Source: a virus. Taken from it: a DNA stretch of 64,000 nucleotides. The translations under genes and the position numbers were made by a program. The notes beneath the pieces were generated by a model. That model ran no database searches. It saw only the letters and a list, made by a program, of their open reading frames with translations, and had not been told where the DNA came from. Location: positions 64,001-128,000 of the IMG/VR virus record IMGVR_UViG_3300024348_000005; one strand, written 5' to 3'. How positions within the stretch are numbered: position 1 is the first letter of the stretch; every line of letters begins with the position of its first letter. Positions 19,169 through 29,036 of the stretch are shown here, piece after piece.

Positions 19169-20950
19169 ATGGCACAAATAATTAAACATAGAAGGGGTTC
19201 GATTGACACGTTAGTATCTGCAACAGCGAAAAAGGGTGAATTAATCATAGCAACAGGATCTGTTGGTAACATGAGTGGTCCTTGGGTATTTGTCGGTGAA
19301 ACCGAAGGTAGTGCCGGAGCATTTAGAGGATTATCAAAAATATATCAAGGTGCTGCGGTACCAAATTTAACGGTGGGTACATGGGGTTCAACACTTAACG
19401 GTACACCATATTATTCATCTAACGATAAGACATTATATATTTTAAGTAATGCTGGTAATACGGATATTGATTTAACGGGTAACATTGAGGGTAACACTAT
19501 TAGTGGATTGACAATTAATAAACTAACTGGTGATTTAAGATTGGCGGGTGATTTGTATATGACAGGTAATACCTATCAGACAGGTTCACATTACTTAACA
19601 GGAGATGTTATTTTATCGGGTAGTATTAATATTGGTGATAACGTAACCGGAGATACCATTAATTTTAATGGTGAAGTTAATTCAAACATCTTACCAACAA
19701 CAGGTGCGACATTTAATTTAGGTTCTTCAGGAAAGACGTGGAATAATATATTCGCCGAAAATGCATATTTAACTAATTTAGAAATTGACAACATAACTTT
19801 AAATAGTTTATCACTTCCAGGTAATTTAACTGTAAGTGGTACAACAACATTATCTGGTTCTGTTTATGTTGAAGATTTAATTGAAAAAAGATTAGTTGTT
19901 GCTGGTGCCGGTGGTTTATTAACAAACTACAGTGGACTAACATTTAATAATGGTAATTTAAATGTTTCAGGAGCACTTGAAGTAACAAACATTCAAGGTA
20001 CAGGTTCACTTTATTTACGACCTGACAAAGCCGACGGAAGATACTTTGAAATTTATAACACCGCAGCAAGTGATGTACACATTAAATCTAGTAATGGATT
20101 AAGTTTCTTTGGTGATGACACGAATTACTTAAAAATTGACGACTCAGCACAAACAGTAACAATTGATAGTACAAACGGAATATTTTTAGATAGTAATACA
20201 AAGGTTAATGGAACATTAATAGTTACTGGTACCACATCATTACAAAATACTTTAACTGTAACAGGTACTACAATAATTCATGGAAATGAAACAGTAAACG
20301 GTATTTTAACTGTAACGGGAAACACTCAATTAGGTGGTAACTTATATGTTTCAGGAACATTAGAAGTTTTAGGATCATCAACAGAGGTACATATACAATC
20401 AAATACGGTTGAAATTAATGACAATATTATTTTATTAAATGCATATTCACCATTTGAAAGATATGCGGGTATAGCATTATATGATTCAGGTTCAACAGGA
20501 GAATCGGGTTCATTCTTGTGGGATTCATTGAACAACTATTTCTTAATGAACAATAACAGTGTAAGTAGTAAAGTTATTGGTACAACAACAAACACATTAG
20601 GTAACGAAAATAGTTTAACCTCAACATATTTTCCAATTGCAACTGGTGACAATACAATAGGAAATAGTTTGTTAAGATATTCAGGAACAACACTTTCATT
20701 TAATACTAACAAGTTTACTGTTGATTCATCAAGTGGTAATGTTTATGTAGATGGTAATGTTAGAGTTAATGGTGCTGGTGGTTCAAATTATACAGGTTAT
20801 ACATCTGAAATTGTATTTAAAAACAGTGATGATGATTTAGGATTTGTTAGTAGTACTGACACACAAACAGTTACAACACAGTTATTGGGATATCAATCTT
20901 CTGATGGTACTTTAGTTTTCTCATCATTAATTGATGGTGGTTCATACTAA
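19169..20950 (+). CDS. Fibre protein with beta-repeat shaft
   Basis: N-terminal MAQIIKHRRG...GEL, repeated LxVTGxT units, C-terminal IDGGSY. Confidence 0.7.
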   Translation: MAQIIKHRRGSIDTLVSATAKKGELIIATGSVGNMSGPWVFVGETEGSAGAFRGLSKIYQGAAVPNLTVGTWGSTLNGTPYYSSNDKTLYILSNAGNTDIDLTGNIEGNTISGLTINKLTGDLRLAGDLYMTGNTYQTGSHYLTGDVILSGSINIGDNVTGDTINFNGEVNSNILPTTGATFNLGSSGKTWNNIFAENAYLTNLEIDNITLNSLSLPGNLTVSGTTTLSGSVYVEDLIEKRLVVAGAGGLLTNYSGLTFNNGNLNVSGALEVTNIQGTGSLYLRPDKADGRYFEIYNTAASDVHIKSSNGLSFFGDDTNYLKIDDSAQTVTIDSTNGIFLDSNTKVNGTLIVTGTTSLQNTLTVTGTTIIHGNETVNGILTVTGNTQLGGNLYVSGTLEVLGSSTEVHIQSNTVEINDNIILLNAYSPFERYAGIALYDSGSTGESGSFLWDSLNNYFLMNNNSVSSKVIGTTTNTLGNENSLTSTYFPIATGDNTIGNSLLRYSGTTLSFNTNKFTVDSSSGNVYVDGNVRVNGAGGSNYTGYTSEIVFKNSDDDLGFVSSTDTQTVTTQLLGYQSSDGTLVFSSLIDGGSY

Positions 20951-20969
20951 TTAATTAAAATTAAAATAT

Positions 20970-20997
20970 AAAGGGAACTCAAAAGGTTCCCTTTTTT
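20970..20997 (+). terminator. Intrinsic terminator
   Basis: AAAGGGAAC-TCAAAAG-GTTCCCTTTTTT. Confidence 0.8.
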
Positions 20998-21041
20998 ATT
21001 AAATTCTATTTATTTAAACTATTTTTTTGTGTATTTATAGA

Positions 21042-21080
21042 AAGACTTATATAAGTCTTATTAACCGTGGTATATACCAC
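21042..21080. promoter_or_regulatory. Two perfect palindromes in the leader of the 21104 gene
   Basis: AAGACTTATATAAGTCTT (21042-21059) and GTGGTATATACCAC (21067-21080). Confidence 0.55.
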
Positions 21081-21103
21081 AATTGAATGAGGGAACCATA
21101 CAT

Positions 21104-23080
21104 ATGGCACAAATAGTCAAACTGCGTAGGAGCGCTGTATCCGGTCAAAAACCAACAAACAGTAATTTACAGCTAGGTGAATTAGCGTTGAATACCGCCG
21201 ATGGTAAGGTATACATGGCAGTGTCAGGTTCGGGAGGACCCTCAATTCAAGAATTATTAGTAACAAACACGGTTAATACAGGTTCAATTTATCTTACAAA
21301 TAATGTAACCGCATCTTTTTTCACAGGTTCATTTATTGGTAATGGTACGGGTTTATATAACGTACCGGCAAGTGGTGTAACTGGATTAAGTCTTTACCAA
21401 ATCGTAAGTGGTTCGGTATCTGCCTCAATATCACCTGATTTAGGATTTCAAATTAATACTAATACTGCAATAACAGGTACATTATCTGTTAGTGGTAATT
21501 TATTTGCAACATCATCACACGCAATTAGTGCATCATATGCCGCGAATGCCATTATTGTTTCTGGACAAACAAAAACTTTAACGGTAAATCCGGCAGCAAC
21601 AACATGGTCATTCCAACATAATTTAGGTTACAAATATCCAGCAATTAATGTTTTTGATGTTAATGATAATGTAGTTGTACCAAAAGAAATAACTGTAGTT
21701 GACAATAATAATTTAGTTGTATATTTCGATACACCACAAATAGGTACTGTAATTGCAACGATTGGTGGTAACGGTTCTTCCGGAACAAGCGGAACATCAG
21801 GTACGAGTGGTTCTTCAGGAACTGCAGGTACGTCAGGTACGTCAGGAACAAGTGGAAGTTCAGGATCATCAGGTTCTAGTGGTAGTTCAGGTACAACCGG
21901 TTCTTCAGGAACCTCAGGTTCATCGGGAAGTAGTGGTAGTACTACCGTAGGTGCTTATAATTCTTTAACAGTATCAAGTCCAAGCACAACATGGTCATTT
22001 CAACATGATTTAGGTGCTCAATATCCTGTATTTCAAATTTATGATACAAATGGTTTTGTAATAATTCCACAACAAATACAAGCCATTGATTTATATAATT
22101 CAACAATAACATTTTCATCACCACAATCAGGTATTGTTGTTGCAACTCTTGGTGAAGGTGGTGGTGGGTCTTCAGGTACTTCAGGCACTAGTGGAACCTC
22201 AGGTTCAAGCGGTAGTAGTGGAACTTCAGGTACGTCAGGAACAAGTGGAAGTAGTGGTACAAGTGGTTCTGCCGGAACTAGTGGTACTTCAGGTAGTTCA
22301 GGGTCAAGTGGAACGTCAGGAACAAGTGGTACATCAGGTTCTAGTGGTTCTTCAGGAACATCTGGTACAAGTGGTAGTGATGGTTCATCGGGTACTAGTG
22401 GTAGTAGTGGAACCTCAGGTTCAAGTGGTAGTAGTGGAACGGCCGGTACATCAGGTTCTTCAGGTTCTAGCGGTAGTAGTGGTACTAGTGGAACATCAGG
22501 GTCTAGTGGTACTAGTGGAACATCAGGGTCTAGTGGTTCGTCAGGAACAAGTGGTAGTAGTGGAACGTCCGGCACATCGGGTTCTTCAGGAACTGCGGGT
22601 ACATCAGGTACATCAGTAACAGTTGGAGGTACGACTAATACGATTGTTAAGTTTGATTCACCAACAACAATTGCTGATTCAAATATAGATGACAACGGTA
22701 GTTTAATTACACTAAACACAAATACAACAATTTCAGGGTCATTATCTGTAACGGGAAGTGTTGGTATAACCAACGGTAGAATATATAATCAATATTCAAA
22801 TGTTGTTTCAGGTACAACAAGTGTTTTTGCAATTCAAACAGGTTCATTTACCTCCGCATTTTTCAATTATACATTATATGATCAAGCAAACGCTAGAGCG
22901 GGTATTATTGTGAGTGCTTGGAATGGTAACATTATAAACTATAATGAAACAACAACTACCGACATTGGAGACACAACGGATGCAACATTTGACATAACAT
23001 TATCAAATGAAGGTCACATCGAATTAAAGGTTATTTCAACCGCTAACTGGTCTTTTAAAACAATGACAACATTTTTATAA
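21104..23080 (+). CDS. Fibre protein with Gly-X-Y (SGT/SGS) repeats
   Basis: N-terminus KLRRSAVSGQKP...GELALNTADGKVY resembles the T4 gp37 N-terminus; two WxFxHxLG modules; ATG at 21104 preferred over TTG at 21083. Confidence 0.75.
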   Translation: MAQIVKLRRSAVSGQKPTNSNLQLGELALNTADGKVYMAVSGSGGPSIQELLVTNTVNTGSIYLTNNVTASFFTGSFIGNGTGLYNVPASGVTGLSLYQIVSGSVSASISPDLGFQINTNTAITGTLSVSGNLFATSSHAISASYAANAIIVSGQTKTLTVNPAATTWSFQHNLGYKYPAINVFDVNDNVVVPKEITVVDNNNLVVYFDTPQIGTVIATIGGNGSSGTSGTSGTSGSSGTAGTSGTSGTSGSSGSSGSSGSSGTTGSSGTSGSSGSSGSTTVGAYNSLTVSSPSTTWSFQHDLGAQYPVFQIYDTNGFVIIPQQIQAIDLYNSTITFSSPQSGIVVATLGEGGGGSSGTSGTSGTSGSSGSSGTSGTSGTSGSSGTSGSAGTSGTSGSSGSSGTSGTSGTSGSSGSSGTSGTSGSDGSSGTSGSSGTSGSSGSSGTAGTSGSSGSSGSSGTSGTSGSSGTSGTSGSSGSSGTSGSSGTSGTSGSSGTAGTSGTSVTVGGTTNTIVKFDSPTTIADSNIDDNGSLITLNTNTTISGSLSVTGSVGITNGRIYNQYSNVVSGTTSVFAIQTGSFTSAFFNYTLYDQANARAGIIVSAWNGNIINYNETTTTDIGDTTDATFDITLSNEGHIELKVISTANWSFKTMTTFL

Positions 23081-23152
23081 AAAATAAATGAAATTAAGTA
23101 AATAACAAATATTTATAAAGGACTTAGTGTAATATAAAAACAAAAGTAAAAA

Positions 23153-26100
23153 ATGGCAAATCAATTCATAGTTAAAAACGGTCTCATTGTAGACCAAGGT
23201 GGCGCGATAATAACGGGTTCATCCAATATTTCGGGCTCATTAGCAATAACAGGTTCACTCAACCTTTCAGGTAGTCAAACAATTACCGGAAATTTAGAGG
23301 TTGGAGGTAATTTGATCGCCAATCAATACATTGTTTCTTCTTCAGTTAGTTATATAACAGAATCTTTTGCCTCAGGTTCACATAAATTTGGTGACAGTTT
23401 AGACGATAATCATGATTTTACTGGTAGTCTAAACATCACAGGTTCATTAAATATTAATGGTACTTCATATACTGCTGCAACATCAGGTACTTCAGGTACT
23501 TCAGGTAGTTCAGGAACAAGTGGTACATCGGGTTCTTCAGGGTCAAGTGGAAGTAGCGGTTCATCAGGAACAGCTGGTTCTTCAGGAACAAGTGGTACCT
23601 CAGGTTCTTCAGGAACTGCCGGTACGTCAGGTACATCAGGTTCTTCAGGTACATCAGGTTCTTCAGGTACTGCAGGAACAAGTGGTTCATCAGGTTCTTC
23701 AGGAACTAGTGGTTCATCTGGTTCTTCAGGTTCAAGTGGTACATCAGGTTCAAGTGGTACTGCGGGTACTTCAGGAAGTTCAGGTACATCAGGTTCTGCA
23801 GGTACGTCAGGTACTTCTGGTTCAAGTGGTACTGCAGGAACAAGTGGTTCATCAGGTTCTAGTGGGTCAAGTGGTTCTTCAGGAACTTCAGGTTCTAGTG
23901 GATCAAGTGGAACATCAGGTTCTAGTGGTTCATCGGGAAGTTCCGGAACTTCAGGTTCAAGTGGTTCTTCGGGTAGTGATGGTTCTTCAGGAACATCAGG
24001 TACTTCAGGTACTGCGGGAACTTCAGGAACTTCAGGTTCTAGTGGTTCTTCAGGTAGTTCGGGTACATCAGGTTCTAGTGGTTCTTCAGGAACAAGTGGT
24101 TCATCGGGAACATCAGGTTCTAGTGGTTCTTCAGGTTCAAGTGGGTCTAGTGGTAGTTCTGGAACATCGGGTTCTAGCGGTTCTGCTGGTACATCAGGTT
24201 CTTCAGGTACTTCAGGTTCTAGTGGTTCTTCAGGTTCTTCAGGTTCTTCAGGAACTGCGGGAACATCAGGAACATCAGGTTCTTCAGGTTCTTCAGGTTC
24301 TTCAGGAACAGCAGGTACTGCGGGTACGTCAGGTACATCGGGTTCATCGGGAACATCAGGTTCATCAGGTTCTAGTGGAAGTAGTGGAACTGCGGGTACT
24401 TCAGGTACTTCGGGTACATCAGGTTCTTCAGGTTCATCAGGAAGTAGTGGTACTGCAGGTACTGCGGGTACATCAGGAACATCAGGTTCGTCTGGTACAT
24501 CAGAGGTTTATAAAACAACATCAACTTCAACCTTTACATTAGGTCAAGCTGGATCATTAACGGTCCTATCAGGATTAAGTTACTCAGCGGGACAATCAAT
24601 TATAATCGCTTACGACGTTAACAATTATCAAGAGTCTGACGTTGTAAGTTATAGTGGAACAACATTAACATTCACAGCACCAGATTCAAATGGTACTGTG
24701 GGTAGCGGTATATATTCAGATTGGACAATTAACTTGGATGGTGCAACAGGTGCCGATGGTAGTTCAGGAACCTCAGGTTCTTCAGGTTCTTCAGGTTCAA
24801 GCGGTTCATCAGGTTCAAGTGGTTCATCAGGTACAGCAGGAACTTCAGGAACATCAGGTTCAAGTGGTTCTTCAGGAAGTAGCGGAACGGCTGGTACATC
24901 TGGTACATCAGGAAGTTCAGGTTCAAGTGGTTCATCAGGTTCATCAGGTTCAAGTGGAACATCTGGATCAAGTGGAACATCAGGTTCTTCAGGTTCTTCA
25001 GGTTCTTCAGGAACATCAGGAACAAGTGGAAGTTCAGGTTCATCAGGTTCATCAGGAACGGCCGGTACAAGTGGTAGTTCAGGAAGTTCAGGAACTGCAG
25101 GAACATCCGGTTCTTCAGGAACATCAGGTTCAAGTGGATCATCGGGAACTGCTGGTACATCAGGTACAAGTGGAACTTCAGGAAGTAGTGGTTCAAGTGG
25201 TTCGTCAGGAACTGCGGGTACATCTGGTTCTTCAGGTAGTTCAGGTTCATCAGGTACAGGTGGTACATCAGGGTCTTCAGGAACATCAGGAACATCAGGT
25301 TCTAGCGGTTCAAGTGGTTCTTCAGGAACAGCAGGAACAAGTGGTACCTCAGGTAGTTCAGGAACTGCAGGTTCTTCAGGAACAGCAGGTACAAGTGGAA
25401 CATCGGGGTCTTCTGGTTCATCAGGTTCTTCAGGTGATAGTATATTCGCTTTAACAGGTTCAGTTTGGGAGACGAATTTTAGTGTTAAATTTAATCAACC
25501 AGTAACTTCTTCTGTATTCACAGGTTCATTTATAGGTGATGGTGCGGGTTTATATAATATTCCAGCGTCAGGTGTTACAGGATTAGAATTAAATAAAATA
25601 GTAAACGGTGCGGTAAGTGCATCTGTTTTATCTGATGGAACATTCAGAGTAAACGGAGATACCTATATTAATGGTACATTAACCGCAAAAGAAATACATA
25701 CGAGTATTGTTACATCTTCAGTACTTTACGAAAGTGGTAGTACTAAATTTGGAGACACACTTGATGATACTCATTCATTTACTGGTTCTGTTAACATTAC
25801 AGGTTCAATTTCATTAAATGGTCAAGCAATTGGTACAGGTAAATTAGATGAAACAGCATTCAATACGTATGTTTCAGGTTCAAGTTCACAATTTGCCGGT
25901 ACATCGTCATTTGCTGTTTCTTCATCATATGCTGTTTACGCTGAAAATGCGGTTATTGTTTCAGGTCAAACTAAAACATTAACAGTAGGTTCTAATACAA
26001 CAACATGGTCATTTAATCATAGTTTAGGATACAAATATCCTGCAATTAACGTTTTTGACACTAACGACAAAGTTATTGTTCCAACAGAGATTGAGGTTAT

Positions 26101-28924
26101 TGATAGTAATAATTTAAAAGTATATTTTAACGTACCACAAAGTGGTACAGTAATTGCAACTGTTGGTGGTAACGGTTCTTCAGGAACATCAGGAACCGCA
26201 GGTACAAGTGGTAGTTCAGGAACAGCAGGAACAAGTGGAACATCAGGTTCTTCAGGTAGTTCAGGTTCTTCAGGTTCTTCAGGTAGTTCAGGAACATCAG
26301 GTTCAGCAGGTACTTCAGGTTCTAGTGGTTCTTCAGGAACCGCCGGTACATCAGGTAGTGACGGTTCTTCAGGAACATCGGGTAGTTCAGGTTCTAGTGG
26401 TTCTTCGGGAACTGCGGGTTCATCAGGAACTTCAGGTAGTTCAGGTTCATCAGGTAGTTCAGGAACAAGTGGAACGTCAGGTTCTAGTGGTTCAAGTGGT
26501 TCATCAGGAACAAGTGGAACTTCAGGAACTTCGGGTTCATCAGGAAGTTCAGGTACAAGTGGAACATCAGGTTCGTCAGGAACAAGTGGAAGTTCGGGTT
26601 CATCAGGTTCTAGTGGTTCTTCAGGAACTGCAGGTACGTCAGGTACTTCAGGAACAAGTGGAAGCTCAGGTTCTTCAGGTTCTAGTGGAACATCAGGTTC
26701 ATCAGGTTCTTCGGGAAGTTCAGGAAGTTCGGGTTCATCAGGAACATCAGGAACATCAGGTTCATCAGGAAGTTCAGGGTCAAGTGGAACTGCTGGTACT
26801 TCGGGTACTTCAGGTTCATCGGGGTCATCAGGAAGTAGCGGAACTGCTGGTACATCGGGTACATCAGGTACTTCAGAGGTTTATAAAACAACATCAACTT
26901 CAACCTTTACATTAGGTAATTCAGGTTCGTTAACAGTACCAAGTGGATTAAGTTATTCAGTTGGACAGTCAATTATAGTTGCGTACGATATAAATAATTA
27001 TCAAGAGTCGGTTGTCGTTAGTTATAGCGGGACAACATTAACATTTAGTGCACCTAACATTAATGGTACTTTTGGTAGTGGTATATATTCAGATTGGAAT
27101 ATTAACTTAGATGGTACAACAGGTGCTGACGGTTCTTCAGGTACTTCAGGTACTTCAGGTACTTCAGGTTCTAGTGGTTCATCAGGTTCGTCAGGAACAG
27201 CGGGTACTTCAGGTTCAAGTGGTTCAAGTGGTTCATCAGGAACATCGGGTTCAGCGGGTACTTCAGGTAGTTCAGGGTCAAGTGGAACATCTGGTTCAAG
27301 TGGTTCTTCAGGTACTTCAGGTAGTTCGGGTTCTTCAGGAACAGCCGGTACAAGTGGAACATCAGGTTCTAGTGGTTCAAGTGGAAGTTCTGGTACATCA
27401 GGCACTTCAGGAACATCAGGTTCAGCGGGTACTTCAGGTAGTTCAGGGTCAAGTGGAACATCAGGTTCTTCAGGAACATCGGGTTCTTCAGGTTCAAGTG
27501 GTTCTTCAGGCACCGCAGGCACTTCGGGTACCTCGGGAAGTTCAGGTTCATCAGGAAGTTCAGGTAGTAATGGATCATCAGGAACAAGTGGAACATCGGG
27601 TTCTTCAGGAACATCGGGAAGTAGTGGTAGTACTACGGTAGGTGCATACAATTCATTAACCGTATCAACACCAAGTACAACATGGTCATTCCAACACGAT
27701 TTGGGAGCACAATATCCTGTTGTTCAAATTTACGATTCAAACGGATTTGCAATTATACCTACAACAATTAGAGCAATTGACTTATATAATATTGAAGTAA
27801 CATTCTCAACACCACAAGCCGGTTTAATTGCGGTGACACTTGGTGAAGGTGGTGGTGGTTCATCAGGAACAAGTGGTAGCTCAGGTTCTTCAGGTTCTTC
27901 AGGAACCGCAGGTACAAGTGGTAGTTCAGGAACTGCAGGTTCATCTGGTTCTTCAGGAACTGCAGGTTCAAGTGGTACATCAGGAACAAGTGGAACATCT
28001 GGTTCTAGTGGTTCAAGTGGAACATCGGGTACATCAGGTAGCTCAGGTTCTTCAGGAACAAGTGGAAGTTCAGGTACATCAGGTTCATCAGGAAGTTCAG
28101 GTACTTCAGGTTCGGCTGGAACATCAGGAACAAGTGGTACAAGTGGTTCTAGTGGGTCAAGTGGTTCATCGGGAACAAGCGGTAGTTCAGGTTCTTCAGG
28201 AACTTCAGGTTCAAGTGGGTCATCTGGTTCTTCAGGAACATCAGGTACTTCAGGAAGTTCAGGTAGTTCAGGTTCATCAGGAACCGCGGGAACAAGTGGT
28301 TCAAGTGGAACATCAGGAACTTCAGGTTCGTCAGGTTCTAGTGGGTCATCTGGTACTTCAGGTACGAGTGGAACATCAGGTTCTTCAGGAACGTCAGGTT
28401 CTAACGGTTCAAGTGGTACGAGTGGTTCAAGTGGTTCTTCAGGAACAGCAGGTACTTCAGGTTCCGCGGGTACATCAGGTACATCAGGTTTAATAACATT
28501 AGCGGGAACAACTGATAATGGTATTATAACACTCAATGGTAGTTCACCAAATGGTACCGTTGAATCTAATTTAACATTTAATGGTTCAACATTAGATTTG
28601 ACGGGTGACATCTTAATGAATTCTAAAGTTGGTTTTAAATCAGAAAGAATTACAGGTGTAACAGGAACATCAACAGTGTTTATATTAACAGGATTTGATG
28701 GTATGGTTATGGATTACTTGGCAAAAAATGGTTCTAACATGAGAGCGGGTACGGTTGTGGGTATTTGGGATGGTTCAAATTCTAATTTATCTGAAACGAC
28801 AACAACTGACTTAGGTAACACAACTGCAATCACATTTAGTGTATCAAATGCGGGAACAATAAGTGTAAACGCGTCATCAGGAACATGGACAATTACTGCA
28901 ACAGTAAGAGCGTTAAGTAGTTAA
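23153..28924 (+). CDS. 1923-aa fibre protein, about 60% Gly-X-Y (SGT/SGS/AGT) repeats
   Basis: Five long repeat tracts separated by duplicated globular modules. Confidence 0.8.
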   Translation: MANQFIVKNGLIVDQGGAIITGSSNISGSLAITGSLNLSGSQTITGNLEVGGNLIANQYIVSSSVSYITESFASGSHKFGDSLDDNHDFTGSLNITGSLNINGTSYTAATSGTSGTSGSSGTSGTSGSSGSSGSSGSSGTAGSSGTSGTSGSSGTAGTSGTSGSSGTSGSSGTAGTSGSSGSSGTSGSSGSSGSSGTSGSSGTAGTSGSSGTSGSAGTSGTSGSSGTAGTSGSSGSSGSSGSSGTSGSSGSSGTSGSSGSSGSSGTSGSSGSSGSDGSSGTSGTSGTAGTSGTSGSSGSSGSSGTSGSSGSSGTSGSSGTSGSSGSSGSSGSSGSSGTSGSSGSAGTSGSSGTSGSSGSSGSSGSSGTAGTSGTSGSSGSSGSSGTAGTAGTSGTSGSSGTSGSSGSSGSSGTAGTSGTSGTSGSSGSSGSSGTAGTAGTSGTSGSSGTSEVYKTTSTSTFTLGQAGSLTVLSGLSYSAGQSIIIAYDVNNYQESDVVSYSGTTLTFTAPDSNGTVGSGIYSDWTINLDGATGADGSSGTSGSSGSSGSSGSSGSSGSSGTAGTSGTSGSSGSSGSSGTAGTSGTSGSSGSSGSSGSSGSSGTSGSSGTSGSSGSSGSSGTSGTSGSSGSSGSSGTAGTSGSSGSSGTAGTSGSSGTSGSSGSSGTAGTSGTSGTSGSSGSSGSSGTAGTSGSSGSSGSSGTGGTSGSSGTSGTSGSSGSSGSSGTAGTSGTSGSSGTAGSSGTAGTSGTSGSSGSSGSSGDSIFALTGSVWETNFSVKFNQPVTSSVFTGSFIGDGAGLYNIPASGVTGLELNKIVNGAVSASVLSDGTFRVNGDTYINGTLTAKEIHTSIVTSSVLYESGSTKFGDTLDDTHSFTGSVNITGSISLNGQAIGTGKLDETAFNTYVSGSSSQFAGTSSFAVSSSYAVYAENAVIVSGQTKTLTVGSNTTTWSFNHSLGYKYPAINVFDTNDKVIVPTEIEVIDSNNLKVYFNVPQSGTVIATVGGNGSSGTSGTAGTSGSSGTAGTSGTSGSSGSSGSSGSSGSSGTSGSAGTSGSSGSSGTAGTSGSDGSSGTSGSSGSSGSSGTAGSSGTSGSSGSSGSSGTSGTSGSSGSSGSSGTSGTSGTSGSSGSSGTSGTSGSSGTSGSSGSSGSSGSSGTAGTSGTSGTSGSSGSSGSSGTSGSSGSSGSSGSSGSSGTSGTSGSSGSSGSSGTAGTSGTSGSSGSSGSSGTAGTSGTSGTSEVYKTTSTSTFTLGNSGSLTVPSGLSYSVGQSIIVAYDINNYQESVVVSYSGTTLTFSAPNINGTFGSGIYSDWNINLDGTTGADGSSGTSGTSGTSGSSGSSGSSGTAGTSGSSGSSGSSGTSGSAGTSGSSGSSGTSGSSGSSGTSGSSGSSGTAGTSGTSGSSGSSGSSGTSGTSGTSGSAGTSGSSGSSGTSGSSGTSGSSGSSGSSGTAGTSGTSGSSGSSGSSGSNGSSGTSGTSGSSGTSGSSGSTTVGAYNSLTVSTPSTTWSFQHDLGAQYPVVQIYDSNGFAIIPTTIRAIDLYNIEVTFSTPQAGLIAVTLGEGGGGSSGTSGSSGSSGSSGTAGTSGSSGTAGSSGSSGTAGSSGTSGTSGTSGSSGSSGTSGTSGSSGSSGTSGSSGTSGSSGSSGTSGSAGTSGTSGTSGSSGSSGSSGTSGSSGSSGTSGSSGSSGSSGTSGTSGSSGSSGSSGTAGTSGSSGTSGTSGSSGSSGSSGTSGTSGTSGSSGTSGSNGSSGTSGSSGSSGTAGTSGSAGTSGTSGLITLAGTTDNGIITLNGSSPNGTVESNLTFNGSTLDLTGDILMNSKVGFKSERITGVTGTSTVFILTGFDGMVMDYLAKNGSNMRAGTVVGIWDGSNSNLSETTTTDLGNTTAITFSVSNAGTISVNASSGTWTITATVRALSS

Positions 28925-28944
28925 GATTTAAATAAAAAATAGAT

Positions 28945-28972
28945 AAAAAGGGGGAATTTATCCCCCTTTTTT
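28945..28972 (+). terminator. Intrinsic terminator
   Basis: AAAAAGGGGGA-ATTTA-TCCCCCTTTTTT. Confidence 0.85.
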
Positions 28973-29036
28973 ATTTTATAACAAACCGTTTAATATTTAT
29001 ATAGTAACACATTAGTGGAAATGAAACTAATCAATT

